A DNA stretch of 62,650 bases, filler included, from Sphacelaria rigidula (Eukaryota), in NCBI GenBank assembly GCA_964200075.2. It is 11 parts of 11 records of this genome, joined end to end, with 100 filler letters (N's around TTAATTAATTAA, not from the genome) between each part and the next. Parts side by side here need not be neighbours in the genome. Positions count along the whole stretch, not along the records: positions 5,706 to 11,310 come from CAXNAA020025933.1; positions 11,411 to 17,015 come from CAXNAA020025934.1; positions 17,116 to 22,720 come from CAXNAA020025935.1; positions 22,821 to 28,425 come from CAXNAA020025936.1; 7 more parts are not named here. One strand, given 5' to 3'. The notes beneath the pieces were generated by a model. The model was not told where the DNA came from. It worked only from the letters and a program-made list of their open reading frames with translations, and made no database searches. This document shows positions 10,791 to 24,859 of the stretch, piece by piece. Positions within the stretch are counted from its first letter, which is position 1, and each line of letters starts with the position of its first letter. Both the position numbers and the translations under genes were made by a program.

Positions 10791-13700
10791 ACTAGATGTG
10801 GCAGAGCCAGGGGTGGTACACCACGTAAACACAGACAGCAAGCAATATCATACATGTATACTGTATACAAGTGTGATTTGAAATCCCTGCGCGCGGGGTC
10901 AGGCCGACATTTAAAAAACCCTGCACAAGTTCGCCGTGCACTACCGGGACGCGGCCTTATTTCAGAAGCAATCACTTGCGATGTGCGCTGTGACGGGTCT
11001 CGTGCTTGATGGTGATTTTACCACCTCCGCACACCGCCCGTGAAGCGAGCTCTTCATGCTGGAAGTGTCCACCGCTCTTCCCGCCACTCTTGGTCTTACA
11101 CATCCGAAACTGCGAAATATGACAGTACGAGGATCTACTGGAAGGTACATATTCTCCCGCACAATCGCGTGCATAATATGAAAAAGGGATAACACTGGTA
11201 TATTTTCGACTTGCGTCACCGACGGGAGGCCAGTATCAACCTCCCGAAGGGGAATATTGAATAATAGATAACATACAACAGCCGATTTTATATTTTGGGG
11301 TTCATACAAANNNNNNNNNNNNNNNNNNNNNNNNNNNNNNNNNNNNNNNNNNNNTTAATTAATTAANNNNNNNNNNNNNNNNNNNNNNNNNNNNNNNNNN
11401 NNNNNNNNNNTGGACGCGAGGTCAATGGTCTTATGACTATGGCATGCAAGACCATGAGTACCCCCCCCCCCCCTGTCGTAGGATGACTCTACCACCATAT
11501 GGGATGCTAATACGAACCAGGTACCCTATTATGGCCGGGTCAGTTTTGCTCAGTAGTGGCACGCCCCTGGTGAAGTGTGTCCATTTTGTTTTCATCTGGA
11601 AATATCATGACCTGCAGTACAAAACTTCCAGGGTTTAACTCATTATTCGAATGGTGACGGTTTCTCAGCACAGTACGTCACGTTTGTGTATGACTCTTAG
11701 CACGATCACGCCATATACCAGACGTCGCATGCAGATTTGAATATCCGATGCTTTACTGTATTATGCACACTACAGGATAGTGTAAGCAAGCGCCCCACTT
11801 TCCGACTTTGAACAACGCCCCAAGCACACTCTTTTGTATATGCTGCGGTCTTATTTTTCCATGTAGAGGAGTGACGAACGGCTGTGTTATGTTCGCAACA
11901 CCATCAGCAGCTAAGTCAATAGCAAGTCTTCGGTTTTGACCGGACGCGTTTGTTTTATGTATCAAATGAATGATACTCCTGATGCGCGTCATGTGCGTGC
12001 TTGCACGTATATCCTCACTTTCTGAATTGATCATAGGTTTCGACGGCGAGTGCATTAGTGCTATGCCACATATAATCTACAGGACAAGCAAACGCTGCTG
12101 GATGTGCCGTCTTTAGCATTGTTCCTACAGAGACGGACGAGCCGCCGACGGCATGCCTGACGCGATAATTTAAATTTGAAAGAAACGATGACTGTCCGGG
12201 CATGTTAGATGTTCTTTTGCGTGAGAGGATTGAACAATAGGATTACAGCTTACAATGATTGGCGCGGCAGGTCAGAGGTTTTTGAAGAACATAACTGCAA
12301 AAAGATCATCAGCAGACAAACGCTGATGGAAGCAGGGGTTTGTGGAAGAACAAGCTCACCACTGTTTCATGCGTTCTTCTGCTCAGTGGGCGTATTGGAG
12401 CCGGGGAAACTTTTCCCGTAAGTGTCCGCCTCAAAACCAAAACATTACCCAGACACACTCGAATGCACCGCCTGCAGCACGTATATCACCCCTCCCCCAA
12501 ATGCCCTACGCCCTTCAGCTGTTCAGCAATAAACCGTTCAGCGATGTGCGCTGAAGACATGCGTGTACTACTGTAGGCAATATCACGGCTACTGTACTTA
12601 CAGGTCGTATCAGGGGAAAACCCCCGAATTCGTCATCAAACGACTTCTCCACACATACGAAGCAGATGAAGCTATATAAAGCATCTTCATACTCCCCGTA
12701 TGTAGGGGAAAGCGCGACATGGCGTTTTCTTCAGTGCCGGCTGGTGGTGGGGCGTTGAAGGCGTGCCAAACATGAGGCTTCAACTTTTACTGGAGCTCGT
12801 CTGAGTGAATCTCCGAGAGACGTTCACGCCGCTGTTTTTGAGTCATATTTTGGTAGATGCCACGCATGGTTTTGCTCGATGTGCACCACAAGCAGCCCTG
12901 TGCACCCAGAACACAGCCGCGATAGGGCCGCAGCGCAATTCGTAGCGTACAGAAACGTTAAAAAGACACCCTGAGATGAGGTAAGAGGGGTCGGGCTATA
13001 TATATCATGACTTATGGTCGGAGGAGTGTGATTTTCTCGTCGCAACACTACCAAGAAGTACGCCCGAGGTCACGGGTGTTTGGTTGGTCTTGGTTTCGGT
13101 CGGTTTTTACAACGTTTGGGGGCCAACAACCGCTGGAAATTCGAATTCTCGGAGCATTTTTACTATTGCTTGAAACCTCAAGCCGGTTTCGAGAGCTATG
13201 AGACCACACTTTACCCTCTTGTTCCTGAAACATGCCCGAGATTGTAAGTAAATTTTATATTTTAGTCTCCGTCGATTGAAGCGGTTTTATGGGGTCATCA
13301 AACGCCGGGAGTAGGCCAAGACGCCAGATTCTCGAAAAACCTTCACGAATAATTCATTTATCACGCCATGGTTGCTAGTGTTTTCGATAGGTTCCATTTC
13401 TTTCTTCAGGTCTCCATGCGCCGGAAGCGACCCAAGACCCCACAGGTCCGGCAAGATCAGCCAAAAAAACGGAGCACTTGCGACTCGGATTTTCTTCAGG
13501 AACACGGTGTGGAAAATTCGTACTCTTACTTCTAACCCTTTTAGCGAAGGGTCTCGTTTCGCTACGACATTTGGTTGACAGTCCCCTGGGATACGCACAA
13601 CCATGTGCTGTAGTAACAGAGATCTAAACAAGGTGCAATGCAGACAGTACAGTGTTGTCTGTTCTGTCGGCATACAAAAGGATGCAAAAATATTTAAAAG

Positions 13701-14731
13701 ACATGCCGTACAGAGAATGCAGTGCAGTCTGTACTGTCTATACTGTCTGCATGCAGAACGGATGGAAAACAAAATTGAGCAACGTGCAGTACAGGTAGTA
13801 TGGTACTGCCTGCATAGTAGGATGTGGATGGCAACTTCCACACAGTAGTACAGCAGTCTGCGAACAACATATACTGGCACCGCGGTCCACGTGGCGGTAC
13901 AAAGTAGATGATGAGTGATGGTGACGCTACCACCGCTGGCCAGAGGCCAGTCTGTGTTTACTGGCGATGTGTTACTTCAGGCGACGAAGCGTGAACGGCG
14001 AACTACTGAGGGTCGCATTTGGAAAATACAGGATGGTGTTCTCCGTCATCACTCTCATCCAGTCGAATTTGCACTGGGGTGCGTCCTCAAGCACTCGCAC
14101 ACAAGCTCGTGACTGAAAAAATAAGTCACTGTGATATTTGGACGTACGTGGCAAGAACATCATTTTTTTCGTTTCCCCCTCCTCTGTGACCGCTAGTAAC
14201 GGGTCGATCTGGGTTGACCTCGGTTTCAGTGTACAACCACGTACCCCCGATGACGCTTCCGCAGGAATTCGGAGTCCCTACTCGTAACCCCCTCGCCCGC
14301 GTAATATGGCGTTGTGAACATGGCCGAAGACGCTGTTACCTAGAGGTGATATTGCTTCTGTCGTTCCAAGGGTTGAAACCTGCGTGAGAAATGGCTGCCG
14401 AGTGAATTGCTGAAGCCTCCTCTGAACCAGCCTGTCTGTACCGTTTGAAAATTGTGAGAAGGCAATGCTGCTGGCCACTACTTATTTTGCATCAACGACT
14501 GTACTGTGACGCGCGTGTGCGTGGCATTGGTTTGCATACAGGCATTGTATCTCTACCAAGGACAGTTGTTCCAAGTTCCCGATGGAACAATAAAAAAACA
14601 AAGGATACTGGGCTGTCGGGCGTTATTTGGATCCAGCATGTCAACAAAGCGATTTTTTTGTTATCTTTACTGCAGAATAAGTTATCTAAAAAAATAGACA
14701 CGAAGTGATGCCTTGGGACGCGTGGGCTTGA

Positions 14732-14829
14732 CCCCTTGGCAGCGGGGGTAACCTCTGTGGATGATGCATACCTTTTTCAAGTGAAATTGAAGCCGGTTCA
14801 ACGGATGGCCTATGCTCGCCGTCAAAGGG
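14732..14829 (-). mobile_element. piggyBac-type mini-MITE, degenerate copy
   Basis: Reverse-complement homolog of 45335-45434; flanks TTGA and TAAA (decayed TTAA). Confidence 0.65.
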
Positions 14830-17115
14830 TAAACTAGACTGACTGCATCTGGACTGACTGCATCGCGGTCAAAGGCTCTAACGTTTAGCCGCCAAGCAAG
14901 GGTGGCCATCTGTCGAACTGTCATGATTTTCACTTGGAATAATACTCAAGACCCAGACGCGGCCAAGAGGGTTACATTTTTGTCTGCGATCATTTACTGA
15001 GGAGCCGTAAGGCTTGGTCCCGTTCTGGTTGAACGCACCTAGCCGACAGATTTCCCACCAAGCTTGTGTGGTCCACTACTGAGTTTGGAATCTGCAGTAA
15101 ATATCCATTACCGCTTCGTGGTATCCATCTTCTATCATCTCAGACCGAAAGAGTTGCACAATTGTTGTTTTTAGGGGTTTTTGCTTGCTGCAGCAAGGCG
15201 ATTATTAAAAACTCCGCACATCTTGTTGTGTAGTATCGTCCGGTAGGGTTGGCCAAAACGGTGATGAAAGCGTTGTTCCTGGCCATGTTTCTTGGCGGAT
15301 GGCCTGGTCTCCCATCGCTAGTCAAGGTGGCGAGGCATACCAATAAACTAACGTTGAATATACTTCGCTTCAATCAAGCACTCACCAAATGGAAGGACGG
15401 TGGCTCCAACCCGGACAAATGAGCTTCTCTCTTTTCCCTCGTCTCCGCTCGACACACCTCGTCGGCGAGACTAAATGTACCCTTTCTTGCCGCGTTGCTC
15501 ATTTTTGACCGGGGAGGTTATTCACGCCAATACTGTGCCGTGGCCTAAACCTAGCCCACTTTCTCCCATCACTAGCTAGTCAGCCTCCCAAAGCAGGTTC
15601 GGCTCGGACTCGGGATCGCATGAGTATGCCGCGTCGGGAGCAAGGCACTGGGCAACACGATGAGCAATCCGGTCGAAAAACGCGGCGCGATTGGTGCTGG
15701 TTTAGCGGAGGAGAACACAATTGGCGAAACTGAACAACCAACGGCTCCGGGTGCTTTCTATTCATCTAGCCTGTTCGCGCGCCACAGTCTGTAGTAGATC
15801 GCTCCCAGAGCAAAGGTGCCCCTTGCAGCGCTTTTTCACAACGCGGTGGTGAGTGACTAATAATGTATTCCTTGCGAACTCGGGAGAAGGTAATTGAGGC
15901 CCAAGCCGAGAACGCGTCCGGCCGAGCGAAGCTATGGCGAAGTCTGCGGGACAAGAAAAAATCGGGACGAATGGTGCGCCGAATATACCACAAAACCAGG
16001 TAATATCTCTCGCAACGGGGGGTGCCCGACCAACATCTTTTGCGAGTACTCACTGTATACTAGTTTGGTCGTCCCCCTTTTGCCTCGATGATATTCTGCG
16101 GCCCAGAGACAATACTTTGTGGTGTGCCATTGCAATCAATTTCAACGGCCAAACGTATATACATGTACGGCGCATGCGCTCGCTCCCGTGTATGATACCC
16201 GTACTCGCTCATGCAGATAAGCAAGGCGTTGACTGGCGACCTGCAAGGTTCGCTTAAATAAATCCGAAAAACCTGGCGGCTAGCCGCACGCAAAATGTGA
16301 TCCTGAACGGAGCCGCGCTCAGGCGAATCCTTTTACCACCTCCCCGGAATTTCTGCCAACGTGGCAGGCACTGCCATATACATACTACTACTCTGCAGTC
16401 GGCGAATCATGCCCCCCCCCAATGCCGTGCCCACTACGTCATACACTGCCGGCCCGCTCGTAAGAAACAGCTATTTTGAGCGAGGCTCAAAACCTTACTT
16501 TTGTAGCCGATATGAGCATCATGTCTCATGTCATTTCATGTGTCTGGCCAAGAAAATTGCAACTATTTTTTCGTATTTTGACCATTTCTTATGCCCAGCC
16601 CAGCAATTTATTCATGTTTATTCCGCCAGTTTCCTTCATACATGCGAACTTTTGTTTGGTTTGGCTCAAGAATTCTGGCAGTATAATATGTTGTCCCGTT
16701 TTCTGTGTACAGCAGTGTCCCAGGAGAATTACCACTAATTAAAATACCCGCAACCAAACAAATCGACCTCAATGCGGTATGCACTCTGTGCCTTTCCCCC
16801 CATGAACTTATCAACCGCTACATACTATTCATCAGGCTAACCCGAAAATCGACGCTGGCGGTTTTGTTATCGCTACAATAGTGGGCGGTCTAACTAATCA
16901 TTTTGTGGCGAGTGATGCTACGGTAGGGGTACACAAATATTTTCTGAGGTTAGAATTGTTAGGAGCCCTTCATCTCATCCAAAAGAAGACTTACGAAAAT
17001 ATGCGAGAGTACGCCNNNNNNNNNNNNNNNNNNNNNNNNNNNNNNNNNNNNNNNNNNNNTTAATTAATTAANNNNNNNNNNNNNNNNNNNNNNNNNNNNN
17101 NNNNNNNNNNNNNNN

Positions 17116-17158
<43 letters not shown>
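17116..17158 (+). repeat. (AAT)n microsatellite
   Basis: Pure trinucleotide run at the scaffold start. Confidence 0.95.
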
Positions 17159-18164
17159 GGTGAATTTCGCTTGCCTTGTTTCGCCTCTTGTTTAGTTTCC
17201 GAAGAGCGGAACACCTCGCCCCTCTGCAACTCATACAAATGTCCACTAACCAGAGAGTTGTGAAGCGAAAATCTCGAACATATTTCCAACCGCTGACTGG
17301 AGAAATTTGCAGGGGCGTGTCTGCACGGTCACGGACTTTCCACCCACCATGTGAGTATCAAGTCCCAAATCGCAGTGTTGGGCAACGGGCGCCACCTCAG
17401 TGGATTTATCTTGGATACCAACCACCCCATCAAAGTTACGGGAAAATTGGGCACAGCGATTGAAACATGAAAAAAAAATAGTGATGGCAAACGGGGGTCG
17501 ATTAGGCTTGTGGTGCTGTGCGTGTGCGTGTGGTGCTGTGTGCTGCGCCTGCGCCGCGGCATGCGCTGCGTCAGTTGTGTCGTTCGCGTGTGGATACAAG
17601 GATGGGTGTGGGTTGGACCAACGGGTCTGCACACACGTGCTGTGAAGCTGGTTTTAATTTTACAGGCAAGTTTTGTACTTCTGCTTGTACAGGCGGAAAT
17701 ACGCCAGCCGCGAGTCGCACGGTCATGCTTCATACCTGGCCGATACGAAGATTCGAATGATATCTCTCATCTCGAGACCGGCTTCATGAACACTGTCCTA
17801 CAAAACGGCTGTATGAAGTTCGACGTTCACGTTTGCTCATGCACCACGTAGGGAAACGTACCTGCCGAAGCCTGTTGCCCCGTCTTTTTCCTTGCTATCC
17901 ATGGAAGCTGCTCCAAACGCATCGTCATCCTCCATTGCATAGATGTCTTCACCAAAGGCAGATACTCGATCTGCGGGACAAAAAGTGCAGCACAACGTCA
18001 GTCGTTGAAGACGATTGGGGAAGAAGCGCAGTCCAGGACACAAAGATGTGATCGGTGTTCAATTCAAGACTGTATGCATCAAACCACCCCCAGTGACGAG
18101 AGTCATACAAGCTTCACGAAAGTTGCGTAACTTTTAGAGTGCATCGGCGCTCGCACAGACGTGC

Positions 18165-18526
18165 TGTGTTTGTGTGTGTTGTCATCCCATTTATTCTGGG
18201 CGCCAGTCTACACCTTTCGGTGTCGGTGGGCGTACCAGCCGGGGTCACACACAGGAGGAACGTCAACACAGGAGTTTTTCCTTATTTGTTTTTAGTACCC
18301 CACCTTCCTTCTGCGGTGCTTGCCTTTACTTTTTATCGCGAGAGGGGTTCAGCAGTCCTTTTCCCTCGTCAACCGTTTAGTCGAATTTTGTGTACCCGCG
18401 ACATAGTCGCTCTCCACTGTTGGGTATGTTGTGAGAAAAAAAATCCCACGTCACTCCAGGAATTGAACCCCACTACTCAACCGTCAGAAGGTTTCAAGGT
18501 CACCAACTGAGCCACCGGGGCGACCG
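18165..18526 (-). mobile_element. tRNA-derived SINE family 1
   Basis: Minus-strand head cggtcgccccggTGGCTCAGTTGG (pol III A box) and GGGTTCAATTCC (B box); shared body; (CA)-rich tail. Confidence 0.8.
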
Positions 18527-18589
18527 TTCGGGTGTCATCAAGAAACATGCACCGCAACATCGGTTATGATAAAATACGGGGGAAAGCCC

Positions 18590-19780
18590 ACGTGTTACAA
18601 CTCGAGATTCCCGTTGGTACCTTCGGGTACTTACGTAAATGTTCAGGGCACTCGAGGCATCCAGAGCTCCGTAGTACGCAGGGTATCCCCTGCCGAGAAA
18701 TACTCGGTATAAGCAGGTACGAAGAGCTGGAAAATAATAAGTACCTCAAGATATGGAGTTGTGTTCAAGTACCAAGCAACCGGGTACCAGAGTATCACCT
18801 GTGTTATGTGTGTGTATTGTCATCCCATCAATTCTGGACGCCAGTCTACAGTTTTCGGTATATGTGGGCGCACCAGCCGGGGTCACACAGCTAGGAGGAA
18901 GGCCAACTCAGGGGTTCTTTTTTATTTGTTTCAGTTTTCCACCTTCCTTTTGCGGTGCTTGCCTTTGTTTTTAGTCGCGAGAGGGGTTCAGCAGTCCTTT
19001 TCCCTAGTCGATCATTAGATCGAATTTTGCGTATCCACGACATAGTCGCTCTCCACTGTTGGGCATTGTGTGAGAAAAAATCCCAGATCGCTCCGAGAAT
19101 CAAACCCACGACCCAACCGTCAAAAGGTTCCGAGGTTACCGACTGAGCCACGACCGGTTATCTACTGGAAAAAATACACGATTTCATGGTACATGGTGAG
19201 GTATCAATTGTCGACAGTACTGCGTGCATCAGGGTGCAGGTACTGCGTACGACAGGGTACGAGAGGTATCGACCGTCGGAAATACTTAGTCAGCCAGAGT
19301 ACCGAGGGGGGTATCGACAGGCAAAAATATCTGGAAACCGAGGGTACTCAGGGTAACTAAGGTGCTTGATATAGGGTACGTACTCTGGGATACTCGGCGT
19401 TTTTAGGGTATTGTGAGTCTACATTACTCCACGGTACTCAGGGTATCGACAGATGAGTTATTTCGTACAACAAAGTTATCACGGGTATTTTGTACTCCAC
19501 CCTAACCTAGGCACCTTCGCACGGTACCGAAGACGGAATATCTCAGCGCCCATCTCAAAACCGCCCCCGGGAATGTCTGGTGTGGTACCCGGAGTACTGA
19601 GGTACTCGTATTACTTGGATACCCGACGAAGTGAGGTACCCGGCGTGCCGAGATACCCGAACTACTGCGTAATATCACATAATACACCGGTATCCACGAT
19701 ACTGTCGTATCGATAACTCAGGTTCTATATTACCGAAGGTACTGGAACCTCAAAATACCGAAAATTGTACCCTGCCCTAG
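18590..19780. mobile_element. GGTAC/GTACC/ATACC-rich non-autonomous DNA-transposon-like relic, interrupted by a SINE1 copy
   Basis: Dense short motifs in both orientations ending in gtaccctgcccta; left terminus not identified. Confidence 0.35.
18800..19157 (-). mobile_element. tRNA-derived SINE family 1
   Basis: Collinear with 18165-18526 along its length; head slightly deleted. Confidence 0.8.
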
Positions 19781-20183
19781 CTCAAGCACCTTCAAGGAGT
19801 GCAGTCTGCAACCAAGCAGCACAACAAAACAGTACGGGGCATGTCGTGTTTGTACGTCAAAGCAGAGGAGATTTCCGGTGAAGAGAAACTATTCGGTTAA
19901 AAAAAAAAACGAGACGATAAATCGTATATACACTACGGAGTCGCAAAGAGCAAAAACGCCTCAGACTATTCAAGAACATTTACGTTCAATATTCGATAAC
20001 AATAAAGAACAAGTCAAACATACACAATATATTAGTGGACGGCAAAACAAGATTAACATATCGAGTGGAAAGAGAAACACACACACACATACACAAAACA
20101 CACACAGATGCTGGTCGAACATCCTTCATCAACTGCGAAACACGCAACAGTCTCACCACAACAAACAGAAACAGGGTGCGCAC

Positions 20184-20655
20184 CTGTTTTCATTGGATCA
20201 TCGCTGTCGCTCTCGCCGTCACCATCATCCTGCCCCTGCCATCGCTCCACATATTCACCCTCACCTTCTCCCACTCCGAGCTCCCCGCCAGCAACATCAG
20301 AAACCACCGCCCCCTCTTCTACGGCATCGTCCCCCACATCTGGCGCGGATAAATAAGACACGGGGGCAATCGCACCGCAGGATCTCTCCGCAACCAACGG
20401 TTCCATCAGAGTTGAAATTGCAGTTGCGGGGGATCCCGGAGTATTTTTGCGAGTAGGCGTCGAAGGAGTGGACAGGTCCTGTCTAGTCTGGGAGTCGAGT
20501 GTGGCGCCAGTCGTTGTGGGGTCTTCGTCTGGAGGAGGCGTTTTACTGGGGTTTGAATCGTCACATGACTGCGAAGGTTCTGGTTCTTCCTCTTCTTGGT
20601 CGGCTTTGGAAACTTTGTCATCCCACTTGTGTAGCCGCCGTCTCCAGGTCCTCAC
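20184..20655 (-). CDS. Isolated internal exon of an unknown gene (acidic, low-complexity)
   Basis: Acceptor taacatcAG, open frame VRTWRRRLHKWDDKV...DSDDPMKT, donor acag|GTGCGC. Confidence 0.55.
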
Positions 20656-20865
20656 CTGATGTTACAACATGAAGAGCAGATAGTACACCGAAAAAATCTA
20701 CATGATTGAAATTCTGTAAAGTACTGTAGTACAGAATGATGGTGCCATCACATTGAGGATGTCACATGCGCCCCAGAGTTTGGGCGGCGAAAGCAGTGGA
20801 TCTCGATCTCGATATCATGAGCTTGCCAGAACAGCGACACTCTGAAAGCTGCCGCTTCGAGTGTC

Positions 20866-21730
20866 AACAATATTTTCGTGAAAGTGAGAGTTTAGCGTTG
20901 ACTGCGAGTGAGGTCAATCTTCATGATTCGCTCTAACTTGGCCAACTTTTCATCTGGTGTGTGCTCTTCTTCGCCTGCAGCCCTGTCGTGTGCTTACAGC
21001 TACACGTCGATATCCTACTCGGGGAAGTCAAATGCTTCAGTGGGGAGCTATTACAGGACGTGTATCGGGTCTCTTGGAGGGAAATTTCGGAAGTGAAACC
21101 ATTCATCCATCAAGTGACCGCTTTTCATTCTCAAGAGCAAGGCATCATAGCCTACGCTAGATACGCGGAGCATTGTATTTGGTCCCGATCTCTGCTTTGT
21201 TCATCGTTTGTTCCCGGTGGTTCATTTTTTTTTTTTCTCGTCTGTGCTCCCCGAGCCCCCTCCCCCGTCGCCGGAACGAGCCTGACTCTGTCTTGTTACT
21301 CATTGTATTCCTTTTTTTACGTTGAACTATTCCATCTTTTTATAGTTATTTTTTATTCTATATTTTCATTTTTTTCATGTTTCTTCTTCTTGCTTCTGAT
21401 CAAGAGCTCGAGTGTTGCAATCAGCTACGTAATGCGCGATCATTTCATCTCTTCTGTTCGTGCTTGTGTTTGTGTTTGTCGTTATTTTGTTGTTGTTGGT
21501 CGCGGTGTTGTTTTTTGTTGTTATCGCTACCCCCCTTGCTTTCCTTTCTGAGGCGGTTGTTTCGGCCGTTTTCTGTTCCTTTCTTTCTTCTCTTCGATTT
21601 TTATTTTTCTGTTCTATTTTTGCTGCTCCCGACCACGGGCTGGATTGTTGCAATCAGCTAATGTGAGATAATCAATCAATGAATCAATTCTAGATCGCTA
21701 TCCTGTATTCTCAATTCCACCAAAACATTT
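20866..21730 (+). mobile_element. MITE of the 50557-50826 family, split by an insertion
   Basis: gagagtYtagcgttga and gctacacgtcgatatcctactc are shared with 50557-50826; the degenerate right end resumes after 21695. Confidence 0.65.
21163..21689 (+). mobile_element. 5'-truncated non-LTR retrotransposon 3' end
   Basis: Flanked by CTAGAT direct repeats (21157-21162 and 21690-21695); ends in aatgtgagat followed by an (AATC)n-like tail resembling the LINE end at 32775-32800. Confidence 0.6.
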
Positions 21731-24059
21731 TTGGCGACACAGTATAGTGCAGTACAGTGTACTTCAGTACAAGTCAGAAATGGGGTATAAATCTCGTGAC
21801 TTGGGAATTTCATCTTGCGACACATATTCAACTCGGTTCAACTCGTACCGAGGAGAGATGGGTTGATCTCTCGAGACTACGGACTTATCCCGAGGAAGGG
21901 GAGGGGTCCAAAGTGCAACAAATAAGTAAAGTCACCGAAGTAAACGAAGTAAACAAAGTAAATGGAGACTTTCGGAAAACAAGATTTTGGGCCAAAAACT
22001 CACGGATAATTCGCGTCTTCTTACCAAAAATCATTCACACAGTGATTACCCCTGAGTTTCTCTGGCCCATTTTTGTTTTTCGAAACTCTTCAATAGAATA
22101 AATTAAGTAAATAAAGAAAAATCAACTCGGTGGAATGAAGCGTGAGATGGACGCACGCCCATCCCGTCACTCGGCACACATCACCTAGGGACGAAACCCG
22201 CATCTCCGACAACCCCCCAGACCCCCCTCTTGTTGAGACCAAATCCCCACACATTTCTGAGGAGCATATCGAATACACGGTTTATACACCAAAAACGGCA
22301 CATATATCTCGGTACGTCCACTGTCCACATCAACCGCCGACTGGGGCAAGGACGGGGAGGGGGCGTACTCATTTGTTCCGTGCCTCGGTCATTTGACCAT
22401 CGACCACGTGTCCCTTCCAAGACGTGAGGGGGGGAACATTCAAACCTCTTCCAGTCTTTCGACATTACATCATATTCCAGGCACACGGGCGTTTATATGT
22501 GTGACACAGGTTAGTCAACGTCTACTGGAATCCCACCCACCATCCAGTCAAACTTCTTCTTGCTGAGTTTCTCGAAGACATCCGGCGTCTGGGGATGATA
22601 CTTTGTCCGCCTGTGACTGTCCACGCAACAAGGGAGACGGTGCGGACAAGGTAGGACGGGGGGGGGGGGCGTACTCATTTGTTGCTTGCCTTAGTCGTTT
22701 GCCCCTTGACCACGCATCCCNNNNNNNNNNNNNNNNNNNNNNNNNNNNNNNNNNNNNNNNNNNNTTAATTAATTAANNNNNNNNNNNNNNNNNNNNNNNN
22801 NNNNNNNNNNNNNNNNNNNNCGACCAGCGGCGGTGCCGTGCATTACCAAGTTGGTCTGCAGTTCACAGAGATATGCTCAAGTCGAGCTGATTTGATAAAC
22901 TTGACGAGTTATGGTTGGAGATGCAAATCCGGCACTTACTGCTGACCCAGCCTATACCCACGGCCGCTCTCCTCACTCACCCTCACAGCAGTTGTCTGGA
23001 GTATCCTTCGAGGTTCGACAGGGACTTGACTCAGGCCGAAATCGTCGAAATCCGAAACGTCGCCATCCGTCTGTGAGCCATCATGGTGAAGTTATAACGA
23101 AAAAGAGCAAAAACGGCCAGTCTTTAAGTATGTCGCTTATGTACCGGTGTGTGCGGCAAGTACGCGTAATCAAAAGGCACCCCTCGCTGTTGGTATATAT
23201 ATATATATATGGGGTCATTCCATATTTTTTATTTTTGCCTTTCCTTCACAATTTCAAGTCCTGTGTGAGCTCCGGTAGTAAAAGGGCCATTTCATATGAA
23301 TGTAAAGTGTGTGTCATTATCCAGCGGGCCCATTTAGTTATCATAAAATATCTACTAGTCATTATCCAGGGAGTATCAGTCAATATCGAGCGGCTCCATT
23401 CACGTACGACCGGGTGCGGAGCGGAAATAAAACTCGATCGTCACAGATCACACGGTCCTGCGGCACGAGAGGGGGGGGGCTGCCACGAAAACAGGGGGAT
23501 CTACATGACCTCAGTCAGAATACCATCGACCTCGCATCCCTACAAAGCTGGTACGGAGCACGCCGAGTTTTCGCCGGACCAGGCTCAGAATCAATCACTG
23601 GGAGGGGGGAGGGGGCGCATGCCACGTATGAGTCTTACATAGACCTACTTCTACCTTATCGAGTCAGCTTCATCACGGGCGTTCACTACTGCAACCGTCG
23701 GTGGTGGACCCCTTCTCTCACCCGTATCGTTAGGCCGGCCAGAAGGTCCTCGCTAGAAACGCTCCGTCGTAGATCTTTCTTCGACACTCCTGCGCCAGGA
23801 GACAGGTTCAGCCTCCGGAGACTGATGTCCCTGTGAGAGCGGCCAAACAAAAACAAGAACAAAAACAAAAACAATCAGACATAAGTTGGCTTTTTTTATC
23901 TTCGAATCATGGATTTTTTATTTATTTTTCGAAAAAAAATATATACAAAAAATTAGGCTAATCTATTTTTTCCAGAATTAGCCCAACTTTGTATTACTTC
24001 GGTGCGTAATGGGTCAATATCGACAAGGGGCACCGAACATACTGTACGTTCTTCTTGTG

Positions 24060-24545
24060 GCTGAAACAGACAGGGAAACAGGGAGATATACAGGGTAGGC
24101 AGACAGACAGACAGGAACAGAGAGAGAGAGACAAGAGGAAACAGAGAGATAAACAGGAAGAAACAGAGAGAGAGAGAGAGAGAGAGAACGGAGCGGGGGG
24201 GGAAAGAGATACGGAGAGAAACAGAGATAGGGACAGACAGACGGACAAAGAGACAAAGAGACAGACAAAGAGAAAGAGGTATGTATAAATACATACATAC
24301 ATACATACATACATACATACAGATAGACAGAGAGACAAAGAGACAGAAAAAGGTACTGTAAAGAGAAAGGAAAAAAGAAAGAGAAGAAGAAAGAGAAGAA
24401 GAAAGAGAACGAGACTAAAGAAAGAAAAAGAAAGAAAGGAGAGATACAGGGAGAGAAACAGACACAAACACAGACAGAGAAACACAGAAAGAGGGTGTAC
24501 AACAAGCGCACAGCCAGTCCACAACAACAGCAGCAACAACAATTA
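24060..24545 (+). repeat. GA-rich low-complexity tract with (TACA)n and (CAA/CAG)n
   Basis: Visible simple repeats; source of spurious ORFs. Confidence 0.9.
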
Positions 24546-24859
24546 AAATCAAAAATGACGGCCCGCACACAATACACGTAGCATGAAAAAAAACGCTCGC
24601 CCCTACCCACTAATTCTTTGTACACAGGAAGAAGCGGGAAATGACAATTCTTATTACATGAACATATATAAGGTGTTGATCCACCCCACGATACAGGTAC
24701 TCCAAAACAAAATCAGGCAGGCACTGACTGTACTGACAGTACCCTCCCGAAGAAGAGACAGGCCGATCCCTTCACACTGTGGACTTGCGCAGAGCAAAAG
24801 AAGGGGTTGAAAATATGACGGAGAGGTACCTTCAACCCCTCCTCTTCCTCATTCGTCAT

